Assembly: GCA_022616725.1 (NCBI GenBank)
Contig: JAKEEH010000463.1
Span: 1 to 56,356 of the forward strand
Direction: 5' to 3'
Length of the DNA: 56,356 nt
DNA from: Limisphaerales bacterium
GTDB lineage: Bacteria > Verrucomicrobiota > Verrucomicrobiia > Limisphaerales > JAKEEH01
Shown here: positions 9,534 to 19,514 of the stretch, piece after piece
How positions within the stretch are numbered: the stretch's first letter is position 1
Layout of the letters: every line of letters begins with the position of its first letter
Program-made: the position numbers and the translations under genes
The notes under the pieces: model-generated
What the model was told of the DNA's origin: nothing
The model's input: only the letters and a program-made list of their open reading frames with translations
Database searches by the model: none

Positions 9534-9550
9534 TTATCGTTTATCGATAA
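9534..9550. promoter_or_regulatory. Palindromic operator candidate TTATCG-N5-CGATAA
   Basis: Perfect 6-bp inverted repeat just upstream of the -35 of the DUF2975/XRE operon. Confidence 0.6.
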
Positions 9551-9557
9551 TAAAGTA

Positions 9558-9586
9558 TTGACTTACGCGACATGACGTGCGATACT
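9558..9586 (+). promoter_or_regulatory. Sigma70 promoter for the DUF2975 operon
   Basis: TTGACT-N17-GATACT, ending 6 nt before the ATG at 9593. Confidence 0.65.
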
Positions 9587-9592
9587 GCCGCC

Positions 9593-10102
9593 ATGAAAGA
9601 TGAATCTGCACGGCGGTTGAGGAGAATTCAGGTTGTAGCGAAAAGCTTTAGATTCCTGTGTTTGCTCGGCATGGTCGTGCTCCTGGGGGCGCTGATCATG
9701 ACCATTTTCAAGCCGGATGAAATCGGACTCACATTCGGTGACTTCAGGATGGAAAAATTCAAGCCTGAATATGCCTGGCTCAAGCGCCCGCTCATTGTTG
9801 TTCTGCTGACAATTCCCGCCACGTTTGTCTGGCTGTTGTATCGCTTGTTCGGCCTTTACAGCCGGGGAGTGATGTTCGGCGAGGCCAACGTGCGTTACAT
9901 CAAATGGCTCGGCTACTGGATGATTGGCGCGTGGGTGATTTCCATGCCGATCCAGTTGCTGCAGTACCTCCAGAACACCAATGCGATGAATTTCATATTT
10001 ACTCTGGACGGTTATTTCGTTGGCGGGGTGCTGGTACTCCTGCTGGCGTGGATCATGGACGAAGGCAGGAAGTTGCAGGAAGAGCAGAGCCTGACCGTGT
10101 GA
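9593..10102 (+). CDS. DUF2975 family membrane protein
   Basis: Four TM segments; GVMFGEANVRYIKWLG and AWIMDEGRKLQEEQSLTV C-terminus; adjacent to an XRE gene. Start chosen from promoter geometry (ORF track starts at 9572). Confidence 0.85.
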   Translation: MKDESARRLRRIQVVAKSFRFLCLLGMVVLLGALIMTIFKPDEIGLTFGDFRMEKFKPEYAWLKRPLIVVLLTIPATFVWLLYRLFGLYSRGVMFGEANVRYIKWLGYWMIGAWVISMPIQLLQYLQNTNAMNFIFTLDGYFVGGVLVLLLAWIMDEGRKLQEEQSLTV

Positions 10103-10197
10103 GGCAGATGAGCTGGCCACGCGTTTCCCACTAATTCGTGAAATTCGTGTCTCTCTCGCATAATCCAAAATCGCCAATCGCCAATCGCAAATAGCAA

Positions 10198-10449
10198 ATG
10201 CCGATCATCGTGAATCTGGACGTCATGCTGGCGAAGCGAAAGCGCCGCCTGAACGATCTTGCTGAAGCGGTCGGGATCACGCCGCAGAATCTCAGCGTGC
10301 TCAAGACCGGTCGCGCGCGAGCCGTCCGCTTTTCCACCCTGGAAGCCATCTGCCAGTATTTGGAATGTCAGCCTGGCGATATTCTAGAATTTCGTTCGAT
10401 GGAACAGATGGACTCCGGTCCCGTCGCCACTACGCCGGAGGTTCATTAA
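10198..10449 (+). CDS. XRE/YozG-like HTH transcriptional regulator
   Basis: MPIIVNLDVMLAKRK...NLSVLKTGRARAVRFSTLEAICQYLECQPGDILEF, the usual partner of DUF2975. Confidence 0.92.
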   Translation: MPIIVNLDVMLAKRKRRLNDLAEAVGITPQNLSVLKTGRARAVRFSTLEAICQYLECQPGDILEFRSMEQMDSGPVATTPEVH

Positions 10450-10560
10450 GCGGCCCGAGCAGTGCCATCGGAAGCTCTGGTTATTGATTCAGTCTTTAAG
10501 AAGCTTACTTCACGAGTCCACTTTCAATTTTCAAGTGGCTGCCCCATCTTCAAGTTGGAA

Positions 10561-12459
10561 ATGTCGGCCATAGTCACCGCTACTGATGTCGTCGTGCGAT
10601 ATAACGAGCAGGTCGTGCTCAACGGCGCCACGCTCGGCATCGAGGAAAAGGATCGTATCGGGCTGGTCGGACGCAACGGTTCCGGCAAAACGACGTTTCT
10701 CAGGGTGCTCGCCGGCCTGCAAACGCCGGACAGCGGCGCTGTGACAAAGCGCCGTGACCTCGTGGTCAGTTATCTCTCCCAGGATTTCACGCTCGACTCC
10801 GACAAGAGTGTTCGGGAGAACGTGCGCGCGGGCGCGCGGCACGTGCTCGATTGCATCGCCGAGTTCGAAGGGTTGCCCGCCGAATCGCGGCGCCACGCCG
10901 AACTCGAGGAACGAATCGTGGCTCTCGATGGCTGGTCGGTCGAGCGCCGCATCGAGACGACTCTGTCGCATTTGAATTGCCCCGACGGCGAGCGTGGCAT
11001 CGATTCTCTTTCCGGCGGGGAGAAGCGGCGCGTCGCCATGGCGCGCGCGATCGTGTCGCAGCCCGAGTTTCTTATCCTCGACGAGCCGACCAACCATCTC
11101 GACCCTGAATCGATCGATTGGGTGGCGGACTTCCTTGAAAATTTTCGCGGCGCATTTCTGGTGGTCACGCACGACCGTTACTTTCTCGATCGTGTGGTGC
11201 GCCGCATGGTCGAGCTGGCCGAGGGACGGTTCTTCGCGCACGACGGCAATTACACGGATTACCTGCTCGACAAGGCGGAGCGCCAGGCCGCCGACGCGGT
11301 CGTGGAGCACAAACGGCAGATGTTCCTCCGCCGGGAGTTAGAGTGGGTGCGGCGCGGGCCGCCCGCGCAGCGCACGAAGTCCAAAGTGCGTTTCGAAAAG
11401 TTTTACGAAGTGGAAAGCCAGGCTGCGCCGACAGTGGAAGAGGAAGTCGAGCTTTGCGTGCCGCCGCCACCCCCGCTTGGCAATCGCGTTGTGGAGTGCA
11501 GCAATCTCGGGGTCGCCGTGGGCGGATGCAGGTTATTCGGCGGTTTCAATTTCACGTTCGAGAACGGCCAACGCGTGGGCGTGGCTGGGCGCAATGGCCT
11601 TGGCAAGACGACGCTGCTCAAGACGATCATTGGCGACGTCGCACCGACCGAAGGCACGGTCAAAGTCGGCCAGCTCACCAGGTTCAACTACGTCGATCAG
11701 GACCGCTTGCGGTTACGCGAGGAACGCACGGCGCTTGAGGAAGTGAGCGACGGGGCCGAGTGGGTCATGTGGGGCCAGGCACGGCTCTCGGTGCGCGCAT
11801 ACTTGAAACGCTTCCTTTTCGCGGATGATCGTATCGGCCGCCTGGTGAAGCACCTCTCCGGCGGGGAACGCAGCCGGCTGCTGCTAGCGCGCATTTTGAA
11901 ACAGGGCGGCAACTTCCTGATCCTCGACGAGCCGACGAATGACCTCGATCTGCCGACGCTGCGCGTGCTGGAGGAAGCGCTGATTGCTTTCCCGGGTGTG
12001 GTCCTGGTCGTCAGCCACGACCGCTATTTCCTTAACCGCGTGTGCACGGATATCCTGGCTTTTGAAGGGGACGAGCGCATCACGCACAGCGCGGGTGATT
12101 ACGACTATTATCTTGAGAAGCGCGCCCGCCGTTCGCAACCGGGAACGGACAAGCCGGAAGCCGCGACGCGCAAGCCGGAATCCCCAACCAGGCTGCAACG
12201 AATTCTCCGGCCCCGCAAGATCACCTGGAAGGAAATCAAAGAACTCGAAGGCATGGAGGCGCGTATCCTGAACGTCGAAAGCGGGATTGCGCGCATCGAG
12301 GACCTTTTTGCCTCGCCCGATTTCCATCGCACGCACGCGCTCCAAACCAACGCGCTCAACGCCGAACTCGCCGCCGCCAAATCAAATCTGGCGGAACTTT
12401 ACGCCCGCTGGGAGGAACTGGAATCTCTCCGCCTCGCGTCCGAATCCAAGCCAAGGTGA
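10561..12459 (+). CDS. uup: ABC-F family ATPase (Uup-like)
   Basis: Two NBDs (GRNGSGKT, GRNGLGKT, LSGGE, LDEPTN), no TM segments, C-terminal coiled domain ending LYARWEELE. Confidence 0.85.
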   Translation: MSAIVTATDVVVRYNEQVVLNGATLGIEEKDRIGLVGRNGSGKTTFLRVLAGLQTPDSGAVTKRRDLVVSYLSQDFTLDSDKSVRENVRAGARHVLDCIAEFEGLPAESRRHAELEERIVALDGWSVERRIETTLSHLNCPDGERGIDSLSGGEKRRVAMARAIVSQPEFLILDEPTNHLDPESIDWVADFLENFRGAFLVVTHDRYFLDRVVRRMVELAEGRFFAHDGNYTDYLLDKAERQAADAVVEHKRQMFLRRELEWVRRGPPAQRTKSKVRFEKFYEVESQAAPTVEEEVELCVPPPPPLGNRVVECSNLGVAVGGCRLFGGFNFTFENGQRVGVAGRNGLGKTTLLKTIIGDVAPTEGTVKVGQLTRFNYVDQDRLRLREERTALEEVSDGAEWVMWGQARLSVRAYLKRFLFADDRIGRLVKHLSGGERSRLLLARILKQGGNFLILDEPTNDLDLPTLRVLEEALIAFPGVVLVVSHDRYFLNRVCTDILAFEGDERITHSAGDYDYYLEKRARRSQPGTDKPEAATRKPESPTRLQRILRPRKITWKEIKELEGMEARILNVESGIARIEDLFASPDFHRTHALQTNALNAELAAAKSNLAELYARWEELESLRLASESKPR

Positions 12460-12671
12460 AAGGTCTCGATAAAATCTGCCCCTCACCCCAGCCCATGAAG
12501 ACGGCCATACCCATGACAATCAATCTTTTGGGTTCCCGACATTGTGAGGGAAGTCAGACGGTAGTCCCCCTGGCTGTACGCGATTAGCCAAATCAATCGC
12601 TAACCACAAGCGACGGGAACGTTTCCGCGACGCGGTGTAAGGAATTCGCTCAATTCCCGACCAACCCACGT

Positions 12672-14294
12672 ATGTCCGACCACTACGATGTGATCATCAT
12701 TGGCACCGGCGCGGGCGGCGGCACGCTCTTGAACCGCATTGCGCCGAGCGGGAAGCGCATCCTAGTGCTGGAGCGCGGACCGTTCCTGCTGCGGGAAAAG
12801 GACAATTGGAGTTATCATGGGTCGTTCAAATATTATTCCTCGGAAGCGATGTACAATAAGGATGGCGGGGAGATTTATCCGGGGTTCTGTTATTATGTCG
12901 GGGGTAACACGAAAGTTTATGGCGCGGCGCTGTTCCGTTTGCGTGAGCGCGACTTTGAGAAATTTCAGCATCGCGATGGCATTTCGCCCGAATGGCCGCT
13001 GAAGTATCGGGACTTCGAGCCTTACTATACCGAAGCGGAAAAAATGTATCAGGTTCACGGCAAAGCGGGCGAAGACCCGACCGAGCCATGGCACTCCGGG
13101 CCGTATCCATTTCCGCCGATCAGCCACGAGCCACGCATCAAGGAAGTATTCGAGGTCCTAACTGCGCGCGGGTTGCGTCCGTATCCGGCGCCGATGGGCA
13201 TCCGCATCAACGAAGCGCTCATGCACCTCAGCCCGTGCATCCGTTGCGACACGTGCGACGGCTACCCATGCATGGTGCACGCGAAGTCCGATTCCGAAGT
13301 CAGCGCCGTCCGGCCCGTTATGCAGCAGCCGAACATCACGCTGGTGACCGAAGCGAAGGTCGTACGGCTGCACACGAACGCTTCCGGGCGCGAGGTCACG
13401 GGCGTAGTCGCGGATGTAAAGGGCGAGTTGAAAATGTTCTCCGGCGACGTCGTCGTGGTCTCTTGCGGCGCAGTGAATTCGGCGGCTCTGTTGCTTCGTT
13501 CTGGAAATGACAAATATCCAAATGGACTGGCGAACTCTTCTGACCAGGTCGGGCGCAATTTGATGAAGCACGTGCTCGGGTCGCTCGTCGGCGTGTCCAC
13601 TGTCAAGCCCAACCCCTCGAAATTCCAAAAGACGATGGCAATCAATGATTTTTACTGGGGCGAGCCCGGCTACGACTTTCCCATGGGCAACATCCAGTTG
13701 ATGGGCAAGACCGTTCTAGAAGGACTCAAAGGTCACGAGGACAAATATGCACCGCTGACCATCCAGCAGGTCGCCGACAGCTCCATCGACTGGTGGCTCA
13801 CTACTGAAGACCTTCCGGCTCCGAACAACCGCGTGACGGTGGATGCTGAGCGCATCATCATCGACTACACCGAAAACAATTCCGAACCGTTTGAACGGCT
13901 GGTCAATCGCTGGAAAGGAATCCTGGGCCAGATCGGTTGCGGCTGTCATATCCTGCCGCAGAAATCCTACTTCTCACCGAAGAGCGGTTACTTCTCGACC
14001 AAGATGCCGATGCAGAGCCTGGGGCACCAGACGGGCACATGCAAATTTGGCGACGACCCGAAAACGTCGGTTCTTGACCTGAATTGTCGCGCTCACGATG
14101 TTGATAACCTCTATGTCGTGGACGGAAGCTTTTTTATTTCGAGCGGCGCGGTGAATCCCACCCTGACGATCATTGCCAACGCTTTGCGTGTCGGTGATCA
14201 CTTGCTGGAACGCCTGGGCGCGAAAACCGAAGCGAGCGCCCCGACTGAGCCAAGGTTTTCTCGCGCTTCGGAAGAACTCATTTTAGCCAAGTAA
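12672..14294 (+). CDS. GMC family FAD oxidoreductase
   Basis: IIGTGAGGG, VGGNTKVYGA, CIRCDTCDG, HQTGTC, DNLYVVDGSFF, VNPTLTIIANALR. Confidence 0.92.
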   Translation: MSDHYDVIIIGTGAGGGTLLNRIAPSGKRILVLERGPFLLREKDNWSYHGSFKYYSSEAMYNKDGGEIYPGFCYYVGGNTKVYGAALFRLRERDFEKFQHRDGISPEWPLKYRDFEPYYTEAEKMYQVHGKAGEDPTEPWHSGPYPFPPISHEPRIKEVFEVLTARGLRPYPAPMGIRINEALMHLSPCIRCDTCDGYPCMVHAKSDSEVSAVRPVMQQPNITLVTEAKVVRLHTNASGREVTGVVADVKGELKMFSGDVVVVSCGAVNSAALLLRSGNDKYPNGLANSSDQVGRNLMKHVLGSLVGVSTVKPNPSKFQKTMAINDFYWGEPGYDFPMGNIQLMGKTVLEGLKGHEDKYAPLTIQQVADSSIDWWLTTEDLPAPNNRVTVDAERIIIDYTENNSEPFERLVNRWKGILGQIGCGCHILPQKSYFSPKSGYFSTKMPMQSLGHQTGTCKFGDDPKTSVLDLNCRAHDVDNLYVVDGSFFISSGAVNPTLTIIANALRVGDHLLERLGAKTEASAPTEPRFSRASEELILAK

Positions 14295-14298
14295 GCGT

Positions 14299-15012
14299 AT
14301 GCAAAGCTCTTCACGTGTCGTTATCATCACTGGGGCCGTTGGAAACCTTGGCGCGGCCACCGCGCGCGCATTTCAATTGGCGCGCGAGAGAACCGTGTTG
14401 GTTGATCGCTCCCAGGAAAAGCTCCAGACGACGTTTTCCGACGTTGCCGGCTCGGCGGACCACTGGCTTGCGGGCGGCGTCGATCTTTCCGAGCCGGCCT
14501 CCCTCGCGAAACTTGTCGATGACACGCTCTCCCGCTTCGGGCGCATTGATACGCTCGTTCACACGGTTGGGGCATGGCGCGGCGGCAAACCTGTTCATGA
14601 AACCGACCTGGCGGATTGGGACTTCCTCTTTAGCGTGAACCTTCGCACGACGCTTCTGTGCTGCCGCGCAGTGATTCCTCATATGCTGAAGCAGGCACGA
14701 GGCAGAATCATCAACATTGCAAGTCGCGATGGCCTGAAAGGCAGTGCGGGCTATGCTGCCTATAGCGCCTCCAAAAGTGCCGTGCTGCGCTTGACCGAGT
14801 CTTTGGCGGAAGAGGTGAAAGCGTCGAATGTGAATGTAAATTGCATTCTCCCGAGCACCATCGACACCCCGCAGAATCGTGCCGCCCAGCCCGATGCCGA
14901 CTTCAGCAAATGGGTCGAGCCCTCGGCCATAGCCGATGTAATTCTTTTCCTGGCCTCGGACGCGGCGCGCGCGATTAATGGCGTCGCGCTGCCAGTGTAT
15001 GGGAAAAGCTAA
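14299..15012 (+). CDS. SDR family NAD(P)-dependent oxidoreductase
   Basis: TGAVGNLG, YSASK catalytic motif, VNCILPSTIDT. Confidence 0.92.
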   Translation: MQSSSRVVIITGAVGNLGAATARAFQLARERTVLVDRSQEKLQTTFSDVAGSADHWLAGGVDLSEPASLAKLVDDTLSRFGRIDTLVHTVGAWRGGKPVHETDLADWDFLFSVNLRTTLLCCRAVIPHMLKQARGRIINIASRDGLKGSAGYAAYSASKSAVLRLTESLAEEVKASNVNVNCILPSTIDTPQNRAAQPDADFSKWVEPSAIADVILFLASDAARAINGVALPVYGKS

Positions 15013-15053
15013 TGGCGCAATGGTTGGCTCAACCTGTCAAGTATCCCACTCTT

Positions 15054-16040
15054 TTATTGTTCGGGCTTGGATTCGCGTGTGGTCAAGTCGAGGAGCGCCT
15101 GGGCGACGTTTTTGCCCTCGTAAAGGACGGCGTGAACTTCGTCGATGATGGGTGTGCTGACGTTGAGCTGTTGCGCCAGACGATAAGCCGAGCGAGCGGT
15201 GGGGTAGCCTTCGGCGATCGCGACCGTGCTTGCGAGGATTTTTTCGACACTTTCGCCCCGGCCGAGTCGTTCGCCGAACGCGCGGTTACGGCTGAGCCGC
15301 GAGTAACAGGTCACCGTCAGGTCCCCAAGGCCGCTGAGACCCGAGAACGTTTCTGGCTGCGCCCCGCGCGCGACGCCGAGCCGGCGGATTTCCACAATAC
15401 CGCGAGTGATCAGGGCGGCTTTCGAGTTGTCGCCGAAACCGAGGCCGTCACCCACGCCGGCTGCAATCGCGACCACGTTTTTGAGCGCGCCGCCCAGCTC
15501 CACACCCAGCGGATCGGCGCTGGTGTAAACTCGAAATCTTGGGCGATGGAAAAGTTGCTGGACGGTTTGCGCGGCGTTCGCGTCGTCGCTGGCAGCGACG
15601 ATCGCGGTCGGAACACCTTTGGCAACCTCCAGAGCAAGCGTGGGGCCGGAAAGGGCCACTCGCCGCGCATGAGGGGCCGTCTCGCGGAGCACAGCGCACA
15701 TGGTTAGACCGGTTTCGAATTCGATACCCTTCGTGACGCTGACAACCAGCCCGTGATAATCGCGGAGCGAAGCCGTGACTTCGCGAAAGGCCTTTGACGG
15801 AACGGCCACGACAACGCATTCGGTGCCGGCAATCGCGCGCCCGGCATCAGGTTCGAGGCGCAAACTTTTCGGAAGGTTGATGCCGGGCAGATAACGCTCG
15901 TTCGCGCCGTTACGCTCGATCTCCTTGAGCCGTTGCGGTTCATGCGCCCACAGCGTTACGGCCGCGCTGCCGTTGCTTTCCTGAAGCAGTTTGGCCAGCG
16001 CCGTTCCCCACGCCCCGGCGCCGAGGACAGCGACCTTCAC
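15054..16040 (-). CDS. gpsA: NAD(P)H-dependent glycerol-3-phosphate dehydrogenase
   Basis: VLGAGAWGTALA, GVELGGALKNV, GLSGLGDL, SRNR; GTG start overlaps the plsY stop. Confidence 0.95.
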   Translation of the reverse strand: MKVAVLGAGAWGTALAKLLQESNGSAAVTLWAHEPQRLKEIERNGANERYLPGINLPKSLRLEPDAGRAIAGTECVVVAVPSKAFREVTASLRDYHGLVVSVTKGIEFETGLTMCAVLRETAPHARRVALSGPTLALEVAKGVPTAIVAASDDANAAQTVQQLFHRPRFRVYTSADPLGVELGGALKNVVAIAAGVGDGLGFGDNSKAALITRGIVEIRRLGVARGAQPETFSGLSGLGDLTVTCYSRLSRNRAFGERLGRGESVEKILASTVAIAEGYPTARSAYRLAQQLNVSTPIIDEVHAVLYEGKNVAQALLDLTTRESKPEQ

Positions 16041-16690
16041 GGGCTTTGTTCCTTGGGCTTGCGCGCGAAGCGGCTCTCGGTGCCGTTGAGAAGGCGCTGG
16101 ATGTTCGAGCGATGTTTGTAAACGGCCAGCGCGGCCATGGCGGCGGTGACACCAACAATTGTCAAGCTGTTGCGCGTGAAATATGCCGCGAACGGCAGGG
16201 CGACGGACGCCGAAATCGAGCTCAGCGAGACGTAACGTGTCGTGGCAAAAACAACGACCCAAATGATAAAAATGATAATCAGCGCGGCGGGCACGAGTGC
16301 CGCCAGGACGCCGGCAGACGTGGCGATGCCTTTGCCCCCTCTAAATTTCAGCCAGCAGGTGTAATTGTGGCCGAGGATAGCGCTAATCCCACCGATGATG
16401 CGAAGCGCCTCGTGAGTGGTGCGATCGGCGCCCGTGAAGCGGTTCGTAACGTATTGGAATACAAGGTCGGGCAACCAACCGCATGCCGCGTAACCCTTGA
16501 GTCCGTCGAAGACGAGCACGAAAATGCCCGCCGGTTTGCCCAGGATGCGGAAGACGTTTGTCGCGCCGATATTGCCGCTGCCGACGGTGCGGATGTCAAT
16601 GCCTTTGGCTTTGCCGACAACGAATCCCGTGGGAACAGACCCGAGCAAGTAAGCCGTCGCGGCGGTGAAGACGTAAGCGCCAAAGTCCAC
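16037..16690 (-). CDS. plsY: Glycerol-3-phosphate acyltransferase PlsY
   Basis: YLLGSVP, GSGNIGATNVFR, GHNY, FRGGKGIAT, HRSNIQRLLNGTE. Confidence 0.95.
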   Translation of the reverse strand: MDFGAYVFTAATAYLLGSVPTGFVVGKAKGIDIRTVGSGNIGATNVFRILGKPAGIFVLVFDGLKGYAACGWLPDLVFQYVTNRFTGADRTTHEALRIIGGISAILGHNYTCWLKFRGGKGIATSAGVLAALVPAALIIIFIIWVVVFATTRYVSLSSISASVALPFAAYFTRNSLTIVGVTAAMAALAVYKHRSNIQRLLNGTESRFARKPKEQSP

Positions 16691-16783
16691 AAGACGAATT
16701 TACGGCAATGGTTTTAGCGCGTTCAAGTGTTTGTTGCGACGGGCGCCCATTCTCACTCGCTCTCCCCCGCTCTCATTCCTTCT

Positions 16784-16812
16784 TTGCCATTGAAACGCCT
16801 TGCACCTATAAA
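16784..16812 (+). promoter_or_regulatory. Sigma70 promoter for aroE (leaderless geometry)
   Basis: TTGCCA-N17-TATAAA, ending 5 nt before the ATG at 16818. Confidence 0.6.
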
Positions 16813-16817
16813 GGCCC

Positions 16818-17741
16818 ATGGCCGCGTCCTTCACAGCGCCAATCGATGCAAGCACGCGTTACTGCGCAGTCTTTGGACACCCGATCCGCCATTCGGCGTC
16901 GCCTGCCCTGCAAAACGCGGGGATCGCGGCGCTCGGCCTGAACTGGCGCTACATCGCCTTCGAGGTCGATCCCGAAAGGCTGCGCGACGCGATTTTCGGG
17001 GCGAAGGTAATGGGGTTCGTCGGCCTGAACCTGACCGTGCCGCACAAACTCCTGGCGATGGACATGGTCGATGCTCTGGACGAAAGCGCGCGCTCTTGGG
17101 GCGCTGTGAATACGATTCGCTTCGAGGGCTGCGACCCGTTCGGGACATGGAAGTCTGTGTCCGAATTCTCCGTCGCGCCACACGAAGTGCGCACCCACGG
17201 TTTCAACACCGACGCCGACGCAATCATCCAGGCGCTGCGGGAGGACCTTGGCTTCGAGCCAGAGCGAAAGCGAGTCCTCGTGCTCGGGGCCGGCGGCGCT
17301 GGCCGCGTCGCCGCGCTGCGTCTGGCCGCCGCCGGCGTGAGTGAGTTATCGTTGGTCAATCGCACCTTGATCCGCGCCGAGGTGGTCGCGGAAGAGATTC
17401 GTGAACGCTTTGGGCATGTCGCCGTCCAAACAAAATATCCCTCCGATAAGGTTGATTTACTGCTCAACGCGACCTCGCTGGGTTTGCAGCCGGACGATCC
17501 CCTGCCGCTCGATGAGACCCGGTTCCAATTTCGGCACGCCGATATGGCCTACGATATGATCTACCGGCCTGCCGAAACGCTGTTTCTCCGCGGCGCGAAG
17601 GCGGCCGGCTGCCGTGTGGCGAACGGTATCGGAATGCTGTTATTTCAAGGCGCGAAGGCGCTGGAGCTTTGGACCGGCAAAAAAGCGCCGATAAGTATTA
17701 TGCGCGAAGCGTTGGTTCGAGAAGTTTATGGTGCCCAATAA
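16818..17741 (+). CDS. aroE: Shikimate dehydrogenase
   Basis: GHPIRHSASP, NLTVPHK, GAVNT, NTD, GAGGAG, NATSLG, YDMIY, GMLLFQG. Confidence 0.95.
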   Translation: MAASFTAPIDASTRYCAVFGHPIRHSASPALQNAGIAALGLNWRYIAFEVDPERLRDAIFGAKVMGFVGLNLTVPHKLLAMDMVDALDESARSWGAVNTIRFEGCDPFGTWKSVSEFSVAPHEVRTHGFNTDADAIIQALREDLGFEPERKRVLVLGAGGAGRVAALRLAAAGVSELSLVNRTLIRAEVVAEEIRERFGHVAVQTKYPSDKVDLLLNATSLGLQPDDPLPLDETRFQFRHADMAYDMIYRPAETLFLRGAKAAGCRVANGIGMLLFQGAKALELWTGKKAPISIMREALVREVYGAQ

Positions 17742-17806
17742 TTTACGATTGGCGATTTCGGATTTACGATTGCCCAATCTTCAATCGCAAATCGTAAATC
17801 GCAAAT
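17741..17806. repeat. Heptamer-periodic inverted repeat (REP-like hairpin)
   Basis: ATTTACGATTGGCGATTTCGGATTTACGATT ... AATCGCAAATCGTAAATCGCAAAT; related to the tandem at 10162-10197. Confidence 0.75.
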
Positions 17807-17813
17807 CCTGTTT

Positions 17814-18920
17814 ATGACCTCACTCGAAGCCTGGAAAGCCGTCCCGTTCCACTTTTGGTCCGGCGTCTTTTTTGTCTTCGGTTGCATCACGGGCAGCTTC
17901 CTCAACGTCTGCATTCACCGCATGCCTCGCGGCCAAAGTGTGGTCTCGCCCCCGTCGCACTGTCCGGCCTGCAATTACTCCATCCCCTGGTTTCTGAACA
18001 TCCCGCTCGTGACATGGCTTTATTTGCGCGGCAAATGCGCCAACTGCCGGGCTCCGATTTCAATCCGTTATTTCCTCGTGGAGTTGCTCACAGGGCTGCT
18101 GTTCCTTGGCAGTTGGCTGGTAGCAGGCCGCACTTCGGTGTGGCTCACGATCGCCTACTGTATCTTTCTTTCCGGCCTCGTCGTGGCGACCTTCATCGAC
18201 TTTGAGCACTTTATCATTCCCGATGCGATTACGATTGGTGGTATGGTCGCCGGCTTCATCTTATCTTTCGCCATCCCCATCCTGCACAGCGCTGCCAACG
18301 CCAAACAAGCCCTTCAAAGCAGCATTTTCGGAATGGCCGTCGGCGGTGGCGTCATCTACGCGATTCTGCGCATTGGTAAGCTTCTGTTTGGCCGTGAAAA
18401 GATCAACCTCGACCCCAACAGCCGCATCATCTTTACCGAGACAACCTTGATCCTGCCCAATCGCGAAATCCCCTACGAAGATATCTTCTACCGGAAATCA
18501 GATGTTATCGCGCTTGAGGCCAAGTCCGTCGAAATGATCGACCGCTGTTACGGCTCTGTTCCGATTCGCATCACTCCGGACCGCCTGCAAATTGGTGAAG
18601 ACACCTTCGATCCCGAGCCCGTCAAGCACTGGGAAGTCGTTGCCGACAAAATGGTGTTGCCCCGCGAAGCCATGGGGTTCGGCGACGTAAAGTTCATGGC
18701 CGCAATCGGCGCGTTCCTCGGCGTCAAGGCGACCCTCTTTTCACTCCTGCTCAGCTCGATGATCGGCGCGCTGGTCGGCCTCGTCCTGATCCTTTTCCGC
18801 CGCCAGGAATGGTCCAGCAAAATTCCTTATGGACCCTATATCGCCTTCGCCGCCGCGATCTGGGTCTTTGGCGGCCATCGCCTGCTCGATTGGTGGCTCA
18901 GTGGCCGCGCCTTCTATTGA
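17814..18920 (+). CDS. pilD: Prepilin peptidase (A24) with an internal soluble insertion
   Basis: GSFLNVCIHRMP, SHCPAC, GKCANC, FIDFEHFIIPD, AMGFGDVK, IPYGPYI. Confidence 0.92.
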   Translation: MTSLEAWKAVPFHFWSGVFFVFGCITGSFLNVCIHRMPRGQSVVSPPSHCPACNYSIPWFLNIPLVTWLYLRGKCANCRAPISIRYFLVELLTGLLFLGSWLVAGRTSVWLTIAYCIFLSGLVVATFIDFEHFIIPDAITIGGMVAGFILSFAIPILHSAANAKQALQSSIFGMAVGGGVIYAILRIGKLLFGREKINLDPNSRIIFTETTLILPNREIPYEDIFYRKSDVIALEAKSVEMIDRCYGSVPIRITPDRLQIGEDTFDPEPVKHWEVVADKMVLPREAMGFGDVKFMAAIGAFLGVKATLFSLLLSSMIGALVGLVLILFRRQEWSSKIPYGPYIAFAAAIWVFGGHRLLDWWLSGRAFY

Positions 18921-18926
18921 GAAACC

Positions 18927-19334
18927 TCACTTCTCCACCGGCTTGCCCGCCTTTTCCCACGCTTTGATCCCGCCTTCGAGATTATAAACATTTGTCAATT
19001 GCAGACTGGCCAGCTTCTCCGACGCTTTCGCGCTTCGTCCGCCAACGGCGCAATTCACAAGATAAGTTTTGCTCTTATCCAGCCCGGCGACCCTCTTTTC
19101 AAAGTCGGCGCTGTTCCAATTGAGATTGGTTGCGCCGCTGATATGGCCCTCCGCAAATTCCCTGGGGGTTCGCACATCGAGGACCACTGTATTGGTATGC
19201 CTGCGTAGTTTGTCGAACTCCTCCACGCCGATGTTCTTGAATTGCTTGCGGTTCCGCGACTCCTGGGCTGCCGCAGTACAGCACATAATCCCGACCATCA
19301 CGAGGCTGATCCACCCTCTCACGTCCATATGCAT
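18927..19334 (-). CDS. Exported rhodanese-like protein
   Basis: Signal peptide, LDVRTPREFAEGHISGA, NCAVGGRS active loop, LEGGIKAW. Confidence 0.9.
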   Translation of the reverse strand: MHMDVRGWISLVMVGIMCCTAAAQESRNRKQFKNIGVEEFDKLRRHTNTVVLDVRTPREFAEGHISGATNLNWNSADFEKRVAGLDKSKTYLVNCAVGGRSAKASEKLASLQLTNVYNLEGGIKAWEKAGKPVEK

Positions 19335-19514
19335 TCTGTTTTAGCTGGGCTGTCCAGCCGCCAAGTCCTCATCGCATTTAGAACTGATTAGCTGGTTGTC
19401 GGTGCCCAGCTAAAACAAAATACACCAACGGCACTTCACTTCTTCATGACCCGGCCATGCCGCAGCCGGTTTCACTCCTATTGCGGCCAGGCTCGGCAAG
19501 AGTCAAATTGCCCC

